A stretch of 64,000 nt of DNA, from positions 41,726,001 to 41,790,000 of the forward strand of contig OZ287749.1 in NCBI GenBank assembly GCA_965649765.1, written 5' to 3'. The DNA comes from Bispira polyomma (taxonomy: Eukaryota). The position numbers and the translations under genes were made by a program. Positions within the stretch are counted from its first letter, which is position 1. Each line of letters starts with the position of its first letter. Shown piece by piece: positions 38,209-51,700 of this stretch. The notes below the pieces were generated by a model. That model did not search any database. It worked only from the letters and a program-made list of their open reading frames with translations, and was not told where the DNA came from.

Positions 38209-38583
38209 CGGTCCCACCAGATCACGGTATAGATATGTAAGTCGCGCATGGGCCTATAAAATATTTGATGCAAAAGTCCACGCAAAAGTTGACACAATGT
38301 TTTGTTTACGTAAAAATACATGAAATGTAAGAATGTAGCACGGTTCAACGTAAATATTTGCATGACCGCTGCGAGAGGTGGCTTAGTCTAACATAATGAT
38401 ACGTAACTGTGCCAGACTATGCATAATACACAAATGAACCATGCTACACATTTGTGTATCGAAATTTTGAACAGTTCAAAAAGAAATTTCTTGCATAACA
38501 TCTTCAACACACGTACCATACGTCAAACACCATGCAAACGCCTACGCAAAATTATTTTTTACATGACATCCAGTGTTGGGACC
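38209..38583. mobile_element. Probable non-autonomous DNA transposon (Harbinger-like MITE)
   Basis: GGTCCCA / TGGGACC termini and an internal palindrome TTTTGAACAGTTCAAAA. Confidence 0.4.
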
Positions 38584-40719
38584 TTGGCAATACTTTAAAC
38601 ACCTAAATTATGACATTGATAAAACAGAAGTCGGGAGGGTTTTTGTCAAAAAAGATGCATATATTTGTTTACATAAAGTTAACATTTAAAAATTAATCAC
38701 ATCTTGAGTCCACGGCTTCCCTCATTAGCAAAAAACAGTGGCCTACAATGCCTTAAACCAACTTGAGTGTCAATATTATAGATACCATGGCCAATTATGG
38801 AAAGAGTTCTGTTTACTTGATTTTTCTTCCTGTGAGATAGCAATCATTTTGAATATTGCTCATCCTCTTTGTAGGACTGACCCCTACGACAAATGGATGT
38901 GAATTCTTTGTGTTTATTGATATCCGGATCAGACAAACTCAAGTACAGTCATGTGTATTTTGTTTGCTATTTATTCTTACACATATATTATTTGGCTGTG
39001 TACAAACATCTAATGTTTCCCTCTCATCAAAAATCTGAAAAACCAACACCTGGAACTTTCAGGTCCCTTTGTGGTGGTGTTTGTAATATATTGATGACGT
39101 GTCCTCCTTTGAATTTAAAACCACAGAGCTTTCATATCAACTCGCCCCCCCCTCAAACACCAACATCCAGGGTCCGATGTAGGGTGCTTTCTTTTATCGT
39201 ATATACCCAGATGACATACCCCCCCCCCCATCCCCCCCCCCCAAGATAACAGATATGAAAGTTATGGGATTTATACTGCCCTTAGTGATCATACCACCAT
39301 TAGTCATTATGGTGTCTACTACTTATTGTGTGACCAGCCTTGCCAAGGCTCACACATGAAGTATTTGTATTCATATACGCATTTATTTTAACCTTAATCA
39401 TATATAGGACCCAGTGACATAGGACCGCCATTTTAAGTGGTGATACGATCCAGTAGGCAAACAAATGTACACATCTTTGCCAAGGATATTTTCTGCTACC
39501 AATGAAACTAGCGGCCGGTAACAGGATTAGAACCAGGGACGTCCTGATCATCAGACTAACTCCCTAACCAATAGGCCACAGGGAACCACAGTTAGAGCCT
39601 CTTCATGTATATATAGCAAAATTGATTTGGAATATCTTTTGCAAACAAGACACATTAGTACTGTGGGCAAAAATACGGACCTAAAATATACAATCTATAA
39701 TATTAACACACAAGAGTGTTTTAGGGGTTGTAGGCCACTATTTGTGGTATTGATGTAAAGCTTGAGCACCAGACTTCATATTTACAAATATCAGCATTTT
39801 TTACAAAAAATCTCTATCTTTGACAACTGCTACTGTGATACGTCACAGGCAACATAATCCTCCTAATACAGTCCCTGTGGCACGGTAAATAGCTAGTATG
39901 TAATTGTTGTCGTCATTCCACTGTTACTGACTTTCTAATATTCTATATTGATATTCTACTAATATTGTATATTATTTTTGCACAAAGTTCCATGTGATTG
40001 ATTAGATTTGTTATTGTAGATTCACATAGATAAAGTTCTTACGTTTATTAATATATTGGAAACAATGAAGCCTCCGGAAGGGCTAAATGAAAATGTGAGA
40101 CATAGGAGCTGAGATTAGGGCTTGGGCAAGAGACAGAGTTGTGTGTATAATGTTTTTTTTTACACGTAGTTTATGGGTTCCCATATTACCCATTTAGCAA
40201 TCTACTAAATACTTCTGACACATGTTGAAATGTTGAGGTGTTTTTGCCACCATTAAATCTGTTTAATGACTAATCATGTCAATGACAACTTAAACATGTC
40301 CAACACGAAGATGAAATCCAATCATAAATCAAGCTGTTGATCGTTTATTCTGTATGCATTTAGTAATATGTTTCTTTAAATGGAACAAATCTGCCTTACA
40401 TTACATTAGCAGGGAAGTGCTAGGGTCATTAAAATATCTTTAATAAATAATCATTAGACCAAAGCTTCTCGTAAGCAGAGTTTATCAGAAGGTTGATGTT
40501 TGTGGCCAGTGGAATGAAACTGACTAATCTAAAAAGTTGGATGAGGCTAAAAACACAACATCAATGGGGCAGCTATTTACAAAATAAACAGGAAATGCAT
40601 TAACACAGATTACTTTTTAGATCATCTATGGAGTGTATAAAGTGCTACAATTTATATTTGAACATTGGTGAAATATAATTTCGAGCTTCAGTTTATTTGG
40701 AAGATGTAGGCTGAGTAAA

Positions 40720-41576
40720 TGATATGCCAACCAAAAGTTATTTTTAGAGGTTCTAAGCCAAGTAATAAGATATGCCAACCAAAAATTTATTTGAAGGTTC
40801 CAAGCCAAGTAATAAGATATGCCAACCAAAAGTTTATTTAAAGGTTCTAAGCCAAGTAATTAGATATGACAACCAAAAGTTTATTTAAAGGTTCTAAGCC
40901 AAGCAATAAGATATGCCAACCAAAAGTTTATTTAAAGGTTCTAAGCCAAATAATAGGATATGCCAACCAAAACTTTATTTAGAGGTTGTAAGTCAAGTGA
41001 TAAGATATACAAACCGAAAGTTTATTTATAGGTTCTAAGCCAAGTAATAAGATATGCCAGCCGAAAGTTTATTTAGAGGTTCTAAGTCAAGTAACAAGAT
41101 ATGCAAACCGAAAGTTTATTTAGAGGTTCTAAGTCAAGTAACAAGATATGCAAACTGAAAGTTTATTTATAGGTTCTAAGTCAAGTAACAAGATATGCAA
41201 ACCGAAAGTTTATTTAGAGGTTCTAAGTCAAGTAACAAGATATGCAAACTGAAAGTTCATTGAAAGGTTCTAAGCCAAATGACAAGATATAGCACCAAAG
41301 ATTTATTGAAAGGTTCTAATCCAAATAACAAGATATGCCAATCAAAAGTTTATGGAAAGGTTCTAAGCCAAGTGACAAGATATACCACAAAAGATTTATT
41401 CAAAGGTTCTAACCCAAGTAACAAAATATGCCACCGAAAAGTTTAATGAGAAGTTTTAAGCCAAGTACCAAGATTTGCCAACCAAACGTTCATTGAAAAG
41501 TTCTAAGTAAAGTAACAAGATTTGCAAACCAAATGTTTATTGAAAGATTGCAAGCCAAGTAACAAAATATGACAAC
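40720..41576. repeat. 47-bp minisatellite, ~18 copies
   Basis: Unit AGGTTCTAAGCCAAGTAA(T/C)AAGATATGCCAACCAAAAGTTTATTTA(A/G); AGG starts at 40748, 40795, 40842 and onward. Confidence 0.95.
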
Positions 41577-42124
41577 CCCTAAAAGTGTGTGTAATGTTGT
41601 TCTTGAAATAAGTTTTTTGTGAAATGACTATCTTATTTTAAAAGTCTCAGCTTTTTTTTATCAATTTGATACAAACATTGGATAAAGTTCGAATAACAAA
41701 ATTTATATACATGTATATGACTATTTCTTATTCTCTCAAATGGTTATGGTCCCCAATATATAAATGAATTAGAACCATCGACTAAGTCAGTTATTAACAT
41801 ATGCAGTACATATGCTTTGCATCAAATGTCTGTGGTTTATGCAAAATATAAATGAAAATATAAATACTTACATAGTCAGTACACAAATACAAAAGATATT
41901 ATGGTTTCATATTTTGCATAGAATTTCTTTGTTTAAAGAGACACACAGCATAGCTTTTTTCAGAAAGTTGGCACAAGCACACACCTGGTTAGAAAAAAAA
42001 AGAAGAAAAGAGTGCAAAAACACAAATATCAAACTCGATGACCAGCACTGACACATCAAAACACAATTAGGGAATTCCGCATTCACACATACACACACAA
42101 AAAAAGGAATTGGTACAGTTTTTG

Positions 42125-42350
42125 AGTGCAGAGTGGGCGATATGATGGCAATAGAGGGTTATCTCAGGACGGCGACTGGAATCATGCATCATCTGGTCAG
42201 AGAACGTAAAACGCATGTTTTTCTAGTGCGTGGCCTTTTTGTGCCGCAGTGAGTGAAATGAATGCCTATCTGGGTCAACCGGTGCAATATTGATGAAGTG
42301 TTTCTCGGCGGGCAAAGGGCATTGAGGACAAATTGACGGAAGATGAACCT
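42125..42350 (-). pseudogene. Decayed tyrosine-recombinase fragment (DIRS/Ngaro or Crypton-like)
   Basis: Minus strand from 42300 reads HFINIAPVDPDRHSFHSLRHKKATH*, then in a shifted frame AVLR*. This resembles YR motifs GLDPxxYSxHSxRxGxAT ... WxSxAxxRY. Confidence 0.45.
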
Positions 42351-42933
42351 GGTTAAAACCTGATTAAATAATTGTTTCTGTTAAAAACAAAACAAAATAA
42401 ACTCTGGACTGTGATAAAAACCCCACTTTTCTTTGTTTAGAATAATATCCCATTACACACCATTAATTATAAATAGGTTTAATATACTTTATCCAAATAT
42501 GAAAACAAAATCTCTATAATTGTTTTGTCAACACGCCAGGAATTTCATCACCCCATTTTTTTTTTTTTTTTTTGAGTTTTTGGTTAATAAACACGAAAAA
42601 CAGATTACTATATACAAATGGTGATTTGATTTGAAAGGGAATATTATGGTGAATATTCTATCTCTTGTAACAAGTTTAGTAAGATGATTACACTAGACAT
42701 TCCTTTTGTCACCACGCAGATTTCTAGTTGTTTACCAAAACATGAGGTTTAGTGGTTAGAATGTGTTTATAATGACAGATCTGTGTCATCTTGTGGTACG
42801 TACCCTATTTCCAGGACGGTGGGTACACGGAAGTCCCCCCCCCCCCCCCCCCCATATTTATCTCTCCCTTTTGCCCCAGTGATGACATAGTTTTTCCATG
42901 AACTGTTTATGACCAGATATGTAATGAGAAAGA

Positions 42934-43342
42934 GGGTACGTCTCCATGTGCACGGCATGCGGCAGCGGCTTGCGGGTGCGGCTTGCGGTAAAAAATTCGT
43001 TCCCTAGTAAAATAGAAGAACCGTCTCCATGTACGCGGCTTGCGGTTGCGGCTGCGGCAAAATTCGCTCTAGGATCGAATTTTGCCGCACCCGCAAGCTG
43101 CCGCAAGCCGGAAGTACACAAAAATACTTACTTTATCTTCAATGTTTATAATGGTATCAAATTTTTTGTGTTATTCTACTGATTAAAATGGTGAAAGAAT
43201 TTTAAAAATCGAACCACAAATAAGAAAGTTATGAATTTCGGAATAAAAATTATATATTTGGTATATTATATGCCCACAGAATATTAACGCAAGCCGCACC
43301 CGCAAGCCGCTTGCCGCAAGCCGTGCATATGGAGACGTACAC
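42934..43342. mobile_element. GC-rich MITE with ~55-bp TIRs
   Basis: GTACGTCTCCATGTGCACGGC..GCGGCTTGCGGGTGCGGCTTGCG / CGCAAGCCGCACCCGCAAGCCGC..CCGTGCATATGGAGACGTAC; internal sub-repeats at 43021-43110. Confidence 0.85.
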
Positions 43343-44743
43343 AAACACTCACTCACACACACACACTCACTCTCTCACACACACCAGTTCCTTTTCACCT
43401 CATTTGACCCTTGTGTTGTTTACATCCAACCACTAATAAAAGTCTGCTTGCACTGGTACGGTTGGACAAACACGTGTTCATGTGTGGTCAGTACATTTTA
43501 ATTAAACCATCACCAAAACAAAGATTTATTACTCACCAGTGCATTTTTCTGAATGTGTGTGTGTGTGGGGGGGTGCAGGGGTCATTGTAGTATATTTGTT
43601 ACTGTTAATACACTAAAAAACCTTGATCAAAATGACCATCTATTAAAGAAAAAAAAAATTGGGGGGGGGGGGGGAGAGTTCGGGGAGGGTCATTGTAGTA
43701 CTTTTGCTACTGTTTATGCACTTAGAAAAACACCCGATCAAACTGACCATCCATTAAAGAAAAAAAGTTCACAAATTATTACATTCCGATGTTGTTCTGG
43801 CATTCAAAGTGCTGATTTACTCTTTAAAGGCTTCACGAATGCAGCCATTCGGCACCATTAACTGTCATTCTCTTAACTAAGGACTAAGTCTTTTTTAGCC
43901 TGCCATTTGGGGATATGACTCCATGCTAAATTTGTATTGATATAGAAGTTCACACCTCCAGCCCAAGTTCGTCCACTTGTCAACCAATTGTTCAGTCTCA
44001 GCTTCCTCAGGGAGCATACTAGTCTTGCTGGCACATATGGTGCACATACCAACACCAATCATTAGCAGCCAGGTACCCATTTATGCACCTGGATAGAGGG
44101 AGGCAACTTTGTGTGAAGTACTTTGTCCAAGGGTACAATCTCCAGGCCTGCGGCGAGGATCAAACCTGGATCCCCAGATCCCAAGTCCGACACTCTAACC
44201 GTTAGACCACAGAGAACATTCGTTGTTTATGTACATTCCTAGTATATAGATTCTATGTATGTGGAGCCATAAATACCAGTACATTCTCATTATAGCAGTC
44301 TATGTTATTTTACACGTTTGGTCTGTGTGCAAATGCTATGGAAGGATTATTACAAAATAACAAACAAATATATATATAACTTGACCATGGAGTTAATTCT
44401 GTATACTTCTTGGATTTACGCGTGTGTTTACAAGGTGTAAATCTACATTCTTGTGTGACCACAGTTTGGCAAAAAACAACAACATATAATGGGCCACAGA
44501 GACTTAATGATTCTTGCAATGTTTTCAACCTATGCAGAATATTTCTACATCTATATAAAAGAGTACACACATAAAACGTCAACTCAAGGATTGACAGGAA
44601 TGGCGAGTCTTGTGAGCATAGAAAAAAAACCAAACAGAAGCATAAAAATAGCTGTTGGAGTGCCAAAGTTCTTGGTTGCACCAATAAATCATATTTTTTA
44701 TTATAATCCCACAAATAAATCCCAGTTGTGAGTATAAATGTGT

Positions 44744-44774
<31 letters not shown>

Positions 44775-46702
44775 GGGAGGAGACAAATGGCGGGTCAAAA
44801 TGTTATTGTTAGAATAATAATAATTACACTTGCTAAAGACTGAAGTGATTTGTACACTTATGACTCCGTGTATATATTATGGAGAAAAAAATAATACAGG
44901 TGCTAAAACTAGCACAAAGGTGACCATAAATTGACAAAAGTTTTGACTTTAAATATGATTGGAATTATGATTTAATGATCATACTACCTGAAGACTTTAG
45001 CTAACTTATATATTTAGTATTTACTAATCTTCCTTGGTATAAACTATAATAAATAAACAACAAGGTTTTCATACACAAATTTATGTTTATCATTTCACAG
45101 CACCCAAAAACACTTTCACTCGTTTACATCACTGGCACATTAAGTGCCTTCAGGAGATCTGTGTGTATGTCCCTTTGGTAAGACAGAGATTTGCTCATGG
45201 CACCACCGACATCAAGCAAGTGTCTTTCGGTGTAGTATTTGAGGAGCTCACACACAAAACAGATTGGGTGGTGTTTACTAGAATTATTAGCATGCAAATG
45301 TGTGCTCCTTTTTTTTTTTTGAAATTCCAAATCGGCAGAGTGATCAAGAACAATCGGTAATTGGCAGAATGGCACCAATTAAACTCCCATGAAACTTCCG
45401 TGTTTACCTTGGGTGCGTGTACTGATACGAGCACTTAATGACTGCACAAACACACACACATACACATGCTTCAATCGCCATTAATATGCCAATTGTCTTC
45501 ACATTATTGGCCTAGATCTAGCCTGGAGGCACGGGGTGGTAGTGGGGGTTGGTGCTTTAGTTTTTTAGCCATGCTTTTATGGTTTTTAATGTTGTTATTA
45601 TATGTGTATATGTGTGTACAAAACATATCTAGTAAGACAGATATGATCAGCACTTTATTAGAACAATCAGACAGTTTAATGAGGTTTTGATTTCGACATG
45701 AGTTTCCAAACAAAAGCCGTATCTCTCGACAATTTTTTTAAGAATATGGTTAGTCTTTCCCGTGGCTCACTTTTGGGGTATTTGTAAATATCCAGAAAAT
45801 ATATATGCAAACAATAATTATGCTTCATTTAGCTTTCATTTGGGAAACATTATCCATACATGCATACAAGTTCTAATGTGATGACTCCATACGTACTAAT
45901 CACCATGGCGATTCTGGCGAGACAACATTTAAGCAGGCAAACAGGTCTGGTGGTTAGGGAGTTTGTCTGATGATCAGAGGGTCCTGGGTTCGACTCCTAA
46001 TACATTCCACTACTTTCATTTAGTGGGATAAGATCCTTTGGCAAGATTTTAACGTCCCAATGTGTCTACTATATTTATGCCTTATCAATTATTTACTACA
46101 TAAACAAGTGGTCTAGTATCTGTGTGTGTGGGGGGGGGGGGGGGGCAGAACATTTATTTGAATACAGTTCCTTGTATACTATAATAGTCTCACTGTTGAG
46201 CTCAGACATCGTGTAACATTTTCTGGTTTTAGAAAAAAGCTTAAAATCTATCCCTTCAAAGTCGCCTACCCTCCCTTAGTTCCCTTTCTGTACACCCCCA
46301 CATCCTTCCTTGTAACCTTGGCTATGTTTTTGGACTTCTCTATTGGTTAACTGATTCTGTTCTTGTGCTTTAGAAGATGCCTCACATCAATAAGTTGCAT
46401 TAAAAATCCATAACACAATACAATACTATGTTGTTCTAATGTGGTCTAGTGGTTAGAGAGTTGGTCTGGTGATAAGATGGTCTTGGGTTCGACTCCCGGT
46501 ATCGACCACTAGTTTCATATGGTGGAATAACATCCATGGGTAAGATGTGAACATGTCTTTGCCTAGTGACTTGGTTGAACAATTTAAATGGTGATCCTCT
46601 GTCACTGAGATCCTCAGGGAAAATTGATAAATGGTCATCCTCAAGCCTTGGCGCCCATAGGAAAGCACATTTGAAATGACCCTGCTTTGTCGTATAAGTG
46701 TG

Positions 46703-46955
46703 GGGGGCCGCAATGGCCTAGTGGCTAGTGGGTTTCACAATCACTGGTCTCTCACCTATGGGCGGCGTGAGTTCGACTCCCGTCGATGCCTATGTGGGAA
46801 AGGTGGTAGTTCCTTACTGTGGGCCGCTGTTTTCAGTGCAGAACCTTGATCAACTGTAAGCAGTGTTTCCTCCAGCGTTTCCAACTACCTGTCCCAATAT
46901 AACCTAAACAGGTACGAGAGTAGACGTTAAGTATCCCAATTCAATTCAAAAAGTT
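46703..46955 (+). mobile_element. Intact tRNA-derived SINE (family C) nested in a family-A SINE
   Basis: GGGGCCGCAATGGCCTAGTGG A-box, GAGTTCGACTCCC B-box, AATTCAATTCAA tail; 11-bp TSD GTATAAGTGTG (46692-46702, 46956-46966). Confidence 0.8.
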
Positions 46956-48715
46956 GTATAAGTGTGCCATAACAAATATAATGTGTTCTATTATACTCAC
47001 AGAATCCCTAGTTATATTTGTTGAGGGTTTGTTTTTGCTTGCATAAGGATGGACTTTTTGTTGTTTTGTTGATGTATTAGACGCCGAACAAGGCTAGTAT
47101 TACATAGGGTTAACATTTATTGAGTACGCGTGTATGTTTGGTCACGGGAGATATAAAAACTGGTTACCAGAAATACGGATGTAATTGGTCGTTTTAGCAT
47201 ATCTCTTGGACGTATTGATGACCTTTTAGTAGACACCAGCAGACAGCTGTACCTTATAACATCCAGGGTAGCTCACTGTATGGACTACTGTAACGGTGCA
47301 GATTTTAGCTGCAAGGAAATTTCACTATTTTTTTACAGATTTTTCACAGATTGTTTAAAAAGAAATTTACTGGAATGAATATTCAACAAGTGATAGTTGA
47401 AAGATTAAAATACAAATTTAACTATTCTCTGTGAATTAATATTCATTATCGAAGCTTATTAGATAATATAGGCAAAAAATGATATTCTAGTGGAAATTTT
47501 CACTAATACAGCTACATCGCTGTACATAGGTGTCAGTGTTGTGTTTTACTGCCGATCCAGAATGACCATATATATTCTAATAGACGCCATGGGTACCATC
47601 CTACTCTGGGTGTACTACTACTTTAAAATAATGCACACATGGGGTTACAGTAAAGCAGTTTAGCTGACACCTGAACTCAGACATACCCCTCCATTTATTT
47701 TAAGACTAAGTTATACACATCTACACATGGGGCAGGCTAATTTAACATAACAACATAACTGAAGAAAAACAGTGATCTTCATATCCGTATTGATATATCT
47801 AAATTTCCCATGTATATGGTTCATTTTGACAACAAGTTTTAATATTCTCAACTACTGACTAATTTATTCTGCATGTCAGGGTTTGGACATTTCAGTCTTA
47901 AGATTGTCATAGCGAGTTGAACACCTATATGAAAAAAACGTTTCCTAGTTAAAAAAAACAAAAACACAACTGATGACTGTGTATTAAGAAAGTTTTCATA
48001 TAATGATAATACAAATGGTGAATTTGTTTATAAAATTATTTCCAATTTGTCCAATTGAGACTTCCTTCATGATATAGCGGACACATAATGCATTGACCTA
48101 AAACATCTAACGGAAAAGGACAAACGGTTTTCAACAGAATTACATAGTTTTGCCAACCAGCCCTATGGAGCTATGTTTAATGCTCAGCTCATGTCTGCTA
48201 GAAAATATCTAGTTTTGCACTAATTCCAACCATGTTTTCAGTCAATCTAGTACAGTATACTCATATGTGTAAGTAGCCGTTTTGTTCCTGGTCATTCTAC
48301 TTCCTGGCCAAAGAATCAGCTAATAGTTACTTATACGAGTCCATTAAATGAATTAAATGTATACACACTTTGAATAGTTCTGAGACAAACAAGACTTTTC
48401 GACAAAAGTGAGCTTTCAGCGAGGCGGGCCTAACACTTACATGTGTGAAATTGTGTGGGACTTTGATGATTACAGTTAATGAACAATTGGCACAGAGTCA
48501 TTTTATTTATGAAATAAAATTAAATTTGTTAATGACATTTGTTACAGCACAATAATACAACATGAAGTCATTTCAAATGCGCTTCTTCCTCATGGGCAAG
48601 CCACTATGGGCACCAAAGCTTGCTTGAGGATGACCATTTATCAACGTTGCCTAGAATGTTTAATCTGCCACTGGAGATAGTACTCAGTGACCGCCCGTTT
48701 AAGTGAGTTTAAGTG

Positions 48716-51700
48716 AGTTTGGCGGGAGTGGGCCATACTCTACTATAATATTTTGTAATAAGATCTACATCTGCACGGTTATTTGTTGGTATTTATGTTT
48801 TTTCTAACCTTTTTACATTAAATTTGAGTAGTTTCGCTGTTTTATGTTGTTAATTTAGTCTCGTTTTGCTGTTCTATATTGTAAATTTTTTTTCCAAATT
48901 CTGTACATTTATTTATTAGTATTTATGATTTTTCTATTCCCTTTATATTTACTTTTTACCTCATTTTGCTGTTCTATATTGTAAATTACATGTTGGTGTG
49001 GTTGTACTTAGCTTAAGGTCAGGCTATAGTGTGGGGTGCTAGGGTGCGAGTGAGTCGCCCACAGGACGAAGAATTGTGCGGTGAGTTGTAGGGACAAGCT
49101 TTCTGAGGCTCCCCACTGTTGAGTTCAGGTTAAGGGCTTCTTTTTTTCTACAACCTCACTAGGCATGTTTCTGCTTCGGTTTGTCCTTTTTCAGCACTTT
49201 TTGCTGTGGCTATGGCTCATAGGTATGAGTTGTTGCATCACAGTGTTGCTCATATATCAGCAACCTCATTGGCTAAAGTGGCAAAAAAATTTTCATACAC
49301 ATGTTCTTGTCGTAAATTTCCTACCACCATTAATGGAAGAGGTCTTGTCTTGTTATTTTTACTCGCCGGCGATGTGTCCCTTAACCCTGGTCCTGTCATG
49401 CTCGGGGTGTTAAATGCTAGATCCGTGAGGAACAAGGGTCCACTCCTTGCAGATATTGTGACATCGCACGACCTCGACATCCTTTGTATTACTGAGACCC
49501 ATGTTCGTCTATCTGATACGGATAGTTTCCTACGGTCTGTTACTCCTCCAGATTTTGTGTTTCCTCAAACGCCTCGTCCCTCACGGATTGGTGGCGGTGT
49601 TGGTTTCTTCATCAGATCCTCCTACAAACCACATAAAATAGATTCTCCTGTCTATCAGTCCTTTGAAAATATGGTGGTGTCAATTGGGCTTCATGGCCGC
49701 TCACTGTTGCTTGCCTGCGTCTATCGCCCCCCAGGATCATGTACCTGTAATTTTTTAGAAGAATTTATGTCTTTTGTTGGTTTCTTGTCTTCCATTAACA
49801 GTTCATATCATATCTGTGGTGACTTTAACATCCATGTTGATGCACCAGTTGGTGACGGTCATAAATTTATGACCTTTCTTGATTCATGCGATTTAAAACA
49901 GTTAGTTAGACAACCTACCCATCTGCATGGTCACATTCTGGACCTTATTTTATCTCCTTGTGATCAGGATACTATTGTGGATGTCAAAGTCTGTGATTTC
50001 ATATCGGATCATGCATTAGTCAAATGCTCAATTGCCTCTCCCCCACAGGTGGCTCATATTCCCAATACAGTGCATTATAGGAGGTACCACCGTATTAACA
50101 TGTCTGACCTCCATACTGATCTTGAGAGTACTTCCTTTATTAAGTCACCTGCCAATTCTGTAGCCAAACTTTATGAACAATACATACATGACTTGGGTGA
50201 TGTACCAGATAAGCATGCACCACTTGTATCCAGAATGTCAAAGAAAGAATCTGTGCATTGGCTTTCTGATTCTTACCGACGGGCTAAATCTCTCAGGCGC
50301 CAATATGAAAGAACTTGGCGAAGGGCCAAGAATCCATTAAATAGAAGTCGACTATGTCGCCAGATTGCTCAGTGCAATGTACTTGTTAACGAGGATAAGT
50401 CGGTGTATTACAGTAAACTTATCTCTGACAACAGTCACAACTCCAGGAAGCTGTGGCACGAACTGCGCAAGACCCTTAATATGGATCCCAATGTGGCACT
50501 CCCGTCCCATGATTCTGATAAATCACTAGCTGATAAGTTTGCTTCCTTTTTCTCGGACAAAATTAAGAGAATTAGGGATATTTTTATTGTCTCTGGAACT
50601 AAAATTGATGTTCATCTTCTTTCTGATCCCCCAGAAATTACTGCCTTTGCCAGAGTCTCTGAAGATGATGTTAGTAAAATAATAAGTAACTCGCCTACAA
50701 AATCCTGCAAGTTGGATCCATGGCCAACATCTCTTATTAAAGAATGTAGTGATATATTACTACCATCCATTACAAAACTTGTAAACTGCTCATTTACGGA
50801 GGGACATGTACCTGATGGTTTTAAAACAGCTGTGGTTACTCCTCTTATTAAGAAGGCTTCTCTTCCAGTTGATGACCTGAAGAATTATCGCCCTGTATCT
50901 GGTCTTAGTTTCATATCAAAACTGGTTGAACGCGTGGTTGCTAGGCAACTGTTAGATCACATCTTTGTCCACGACTTGGACAACCCATACCAGTCTGCGT
51001 ATAAAACTGGTCATTCGACTGAGACAGCTCTTCTGTCTATAAAAAATGAAGTTCACTTATCTTTGTCAAGAGGGGAACCTACTGCCCGTGTATTGCTCGA
51101 CCTCTCTGCTGCCTTTGACACCATTGATCATTCCACGCTTCTCAGTTGTCTTCAGACTTGGTTCGGAGTTACGGGCTCTGTTCTTAAATGGTTCACTTCC
51201 TACTTAACTGATCGTTATCAGTCGATAAAAATTGGCTCTACTCTGTCCGATCTTTGTAAACTCTTGTTTGGTGTTCCTCAAGGTTCTGTTTTGGGCCCTC
51301 TGTTGTTCTCATTATACACTGCTCCTCTCAGATTGGTTATTGGCAAATACACAGGAATAAAGTTTCATTTTTATGCAGATGATACCCAAATTTATGTGCA
51401 CCTATCCCATAAAAACACATCTACTGCCTTTGAACAGTTGAACAGGTGTCTTGATGATGTGAAAGAGTGGATGTCAACTGGTAAACTCAAACTTAATCCC
51501 GACAAGACTGAGTTCATAATCTTTGGCTCAAAACAACAGAGGGATAAGTTAAAAGCATTGTTTCCAGTTGACATCCTGGGTAGCCCTTTCAGTCCAGCTG
51601 ATTCTGTCAAGAACCTGGGTGTATGGTTTGACTCTGACTTTTCTTTCTCTAAACACGTTCAGAGTGTCTGCAAAAGCTGTTTTATGCAACTCCGTGACTT

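Noticed and set aside
38791-38800. Isolated perfect CArG box CCAATTATGG
   Set aside because: Several such 10-mers are expected by chance in 64 kb of AT-rich DNA, and there is no supporting motif cluster.
40720-41576. Regular repeat array as a possible CRISPR
   Set aside because: Units are contiguous with no unique spacers, no cas genes are present, and the context is eukaryotic.
46703-46790. tRNA genes at SINE heads (also ~19062, ~46440, ~52875)
   Set aside because: A/B boxes are present but no full cloverleaf, and each continues into a SINE body and tail.
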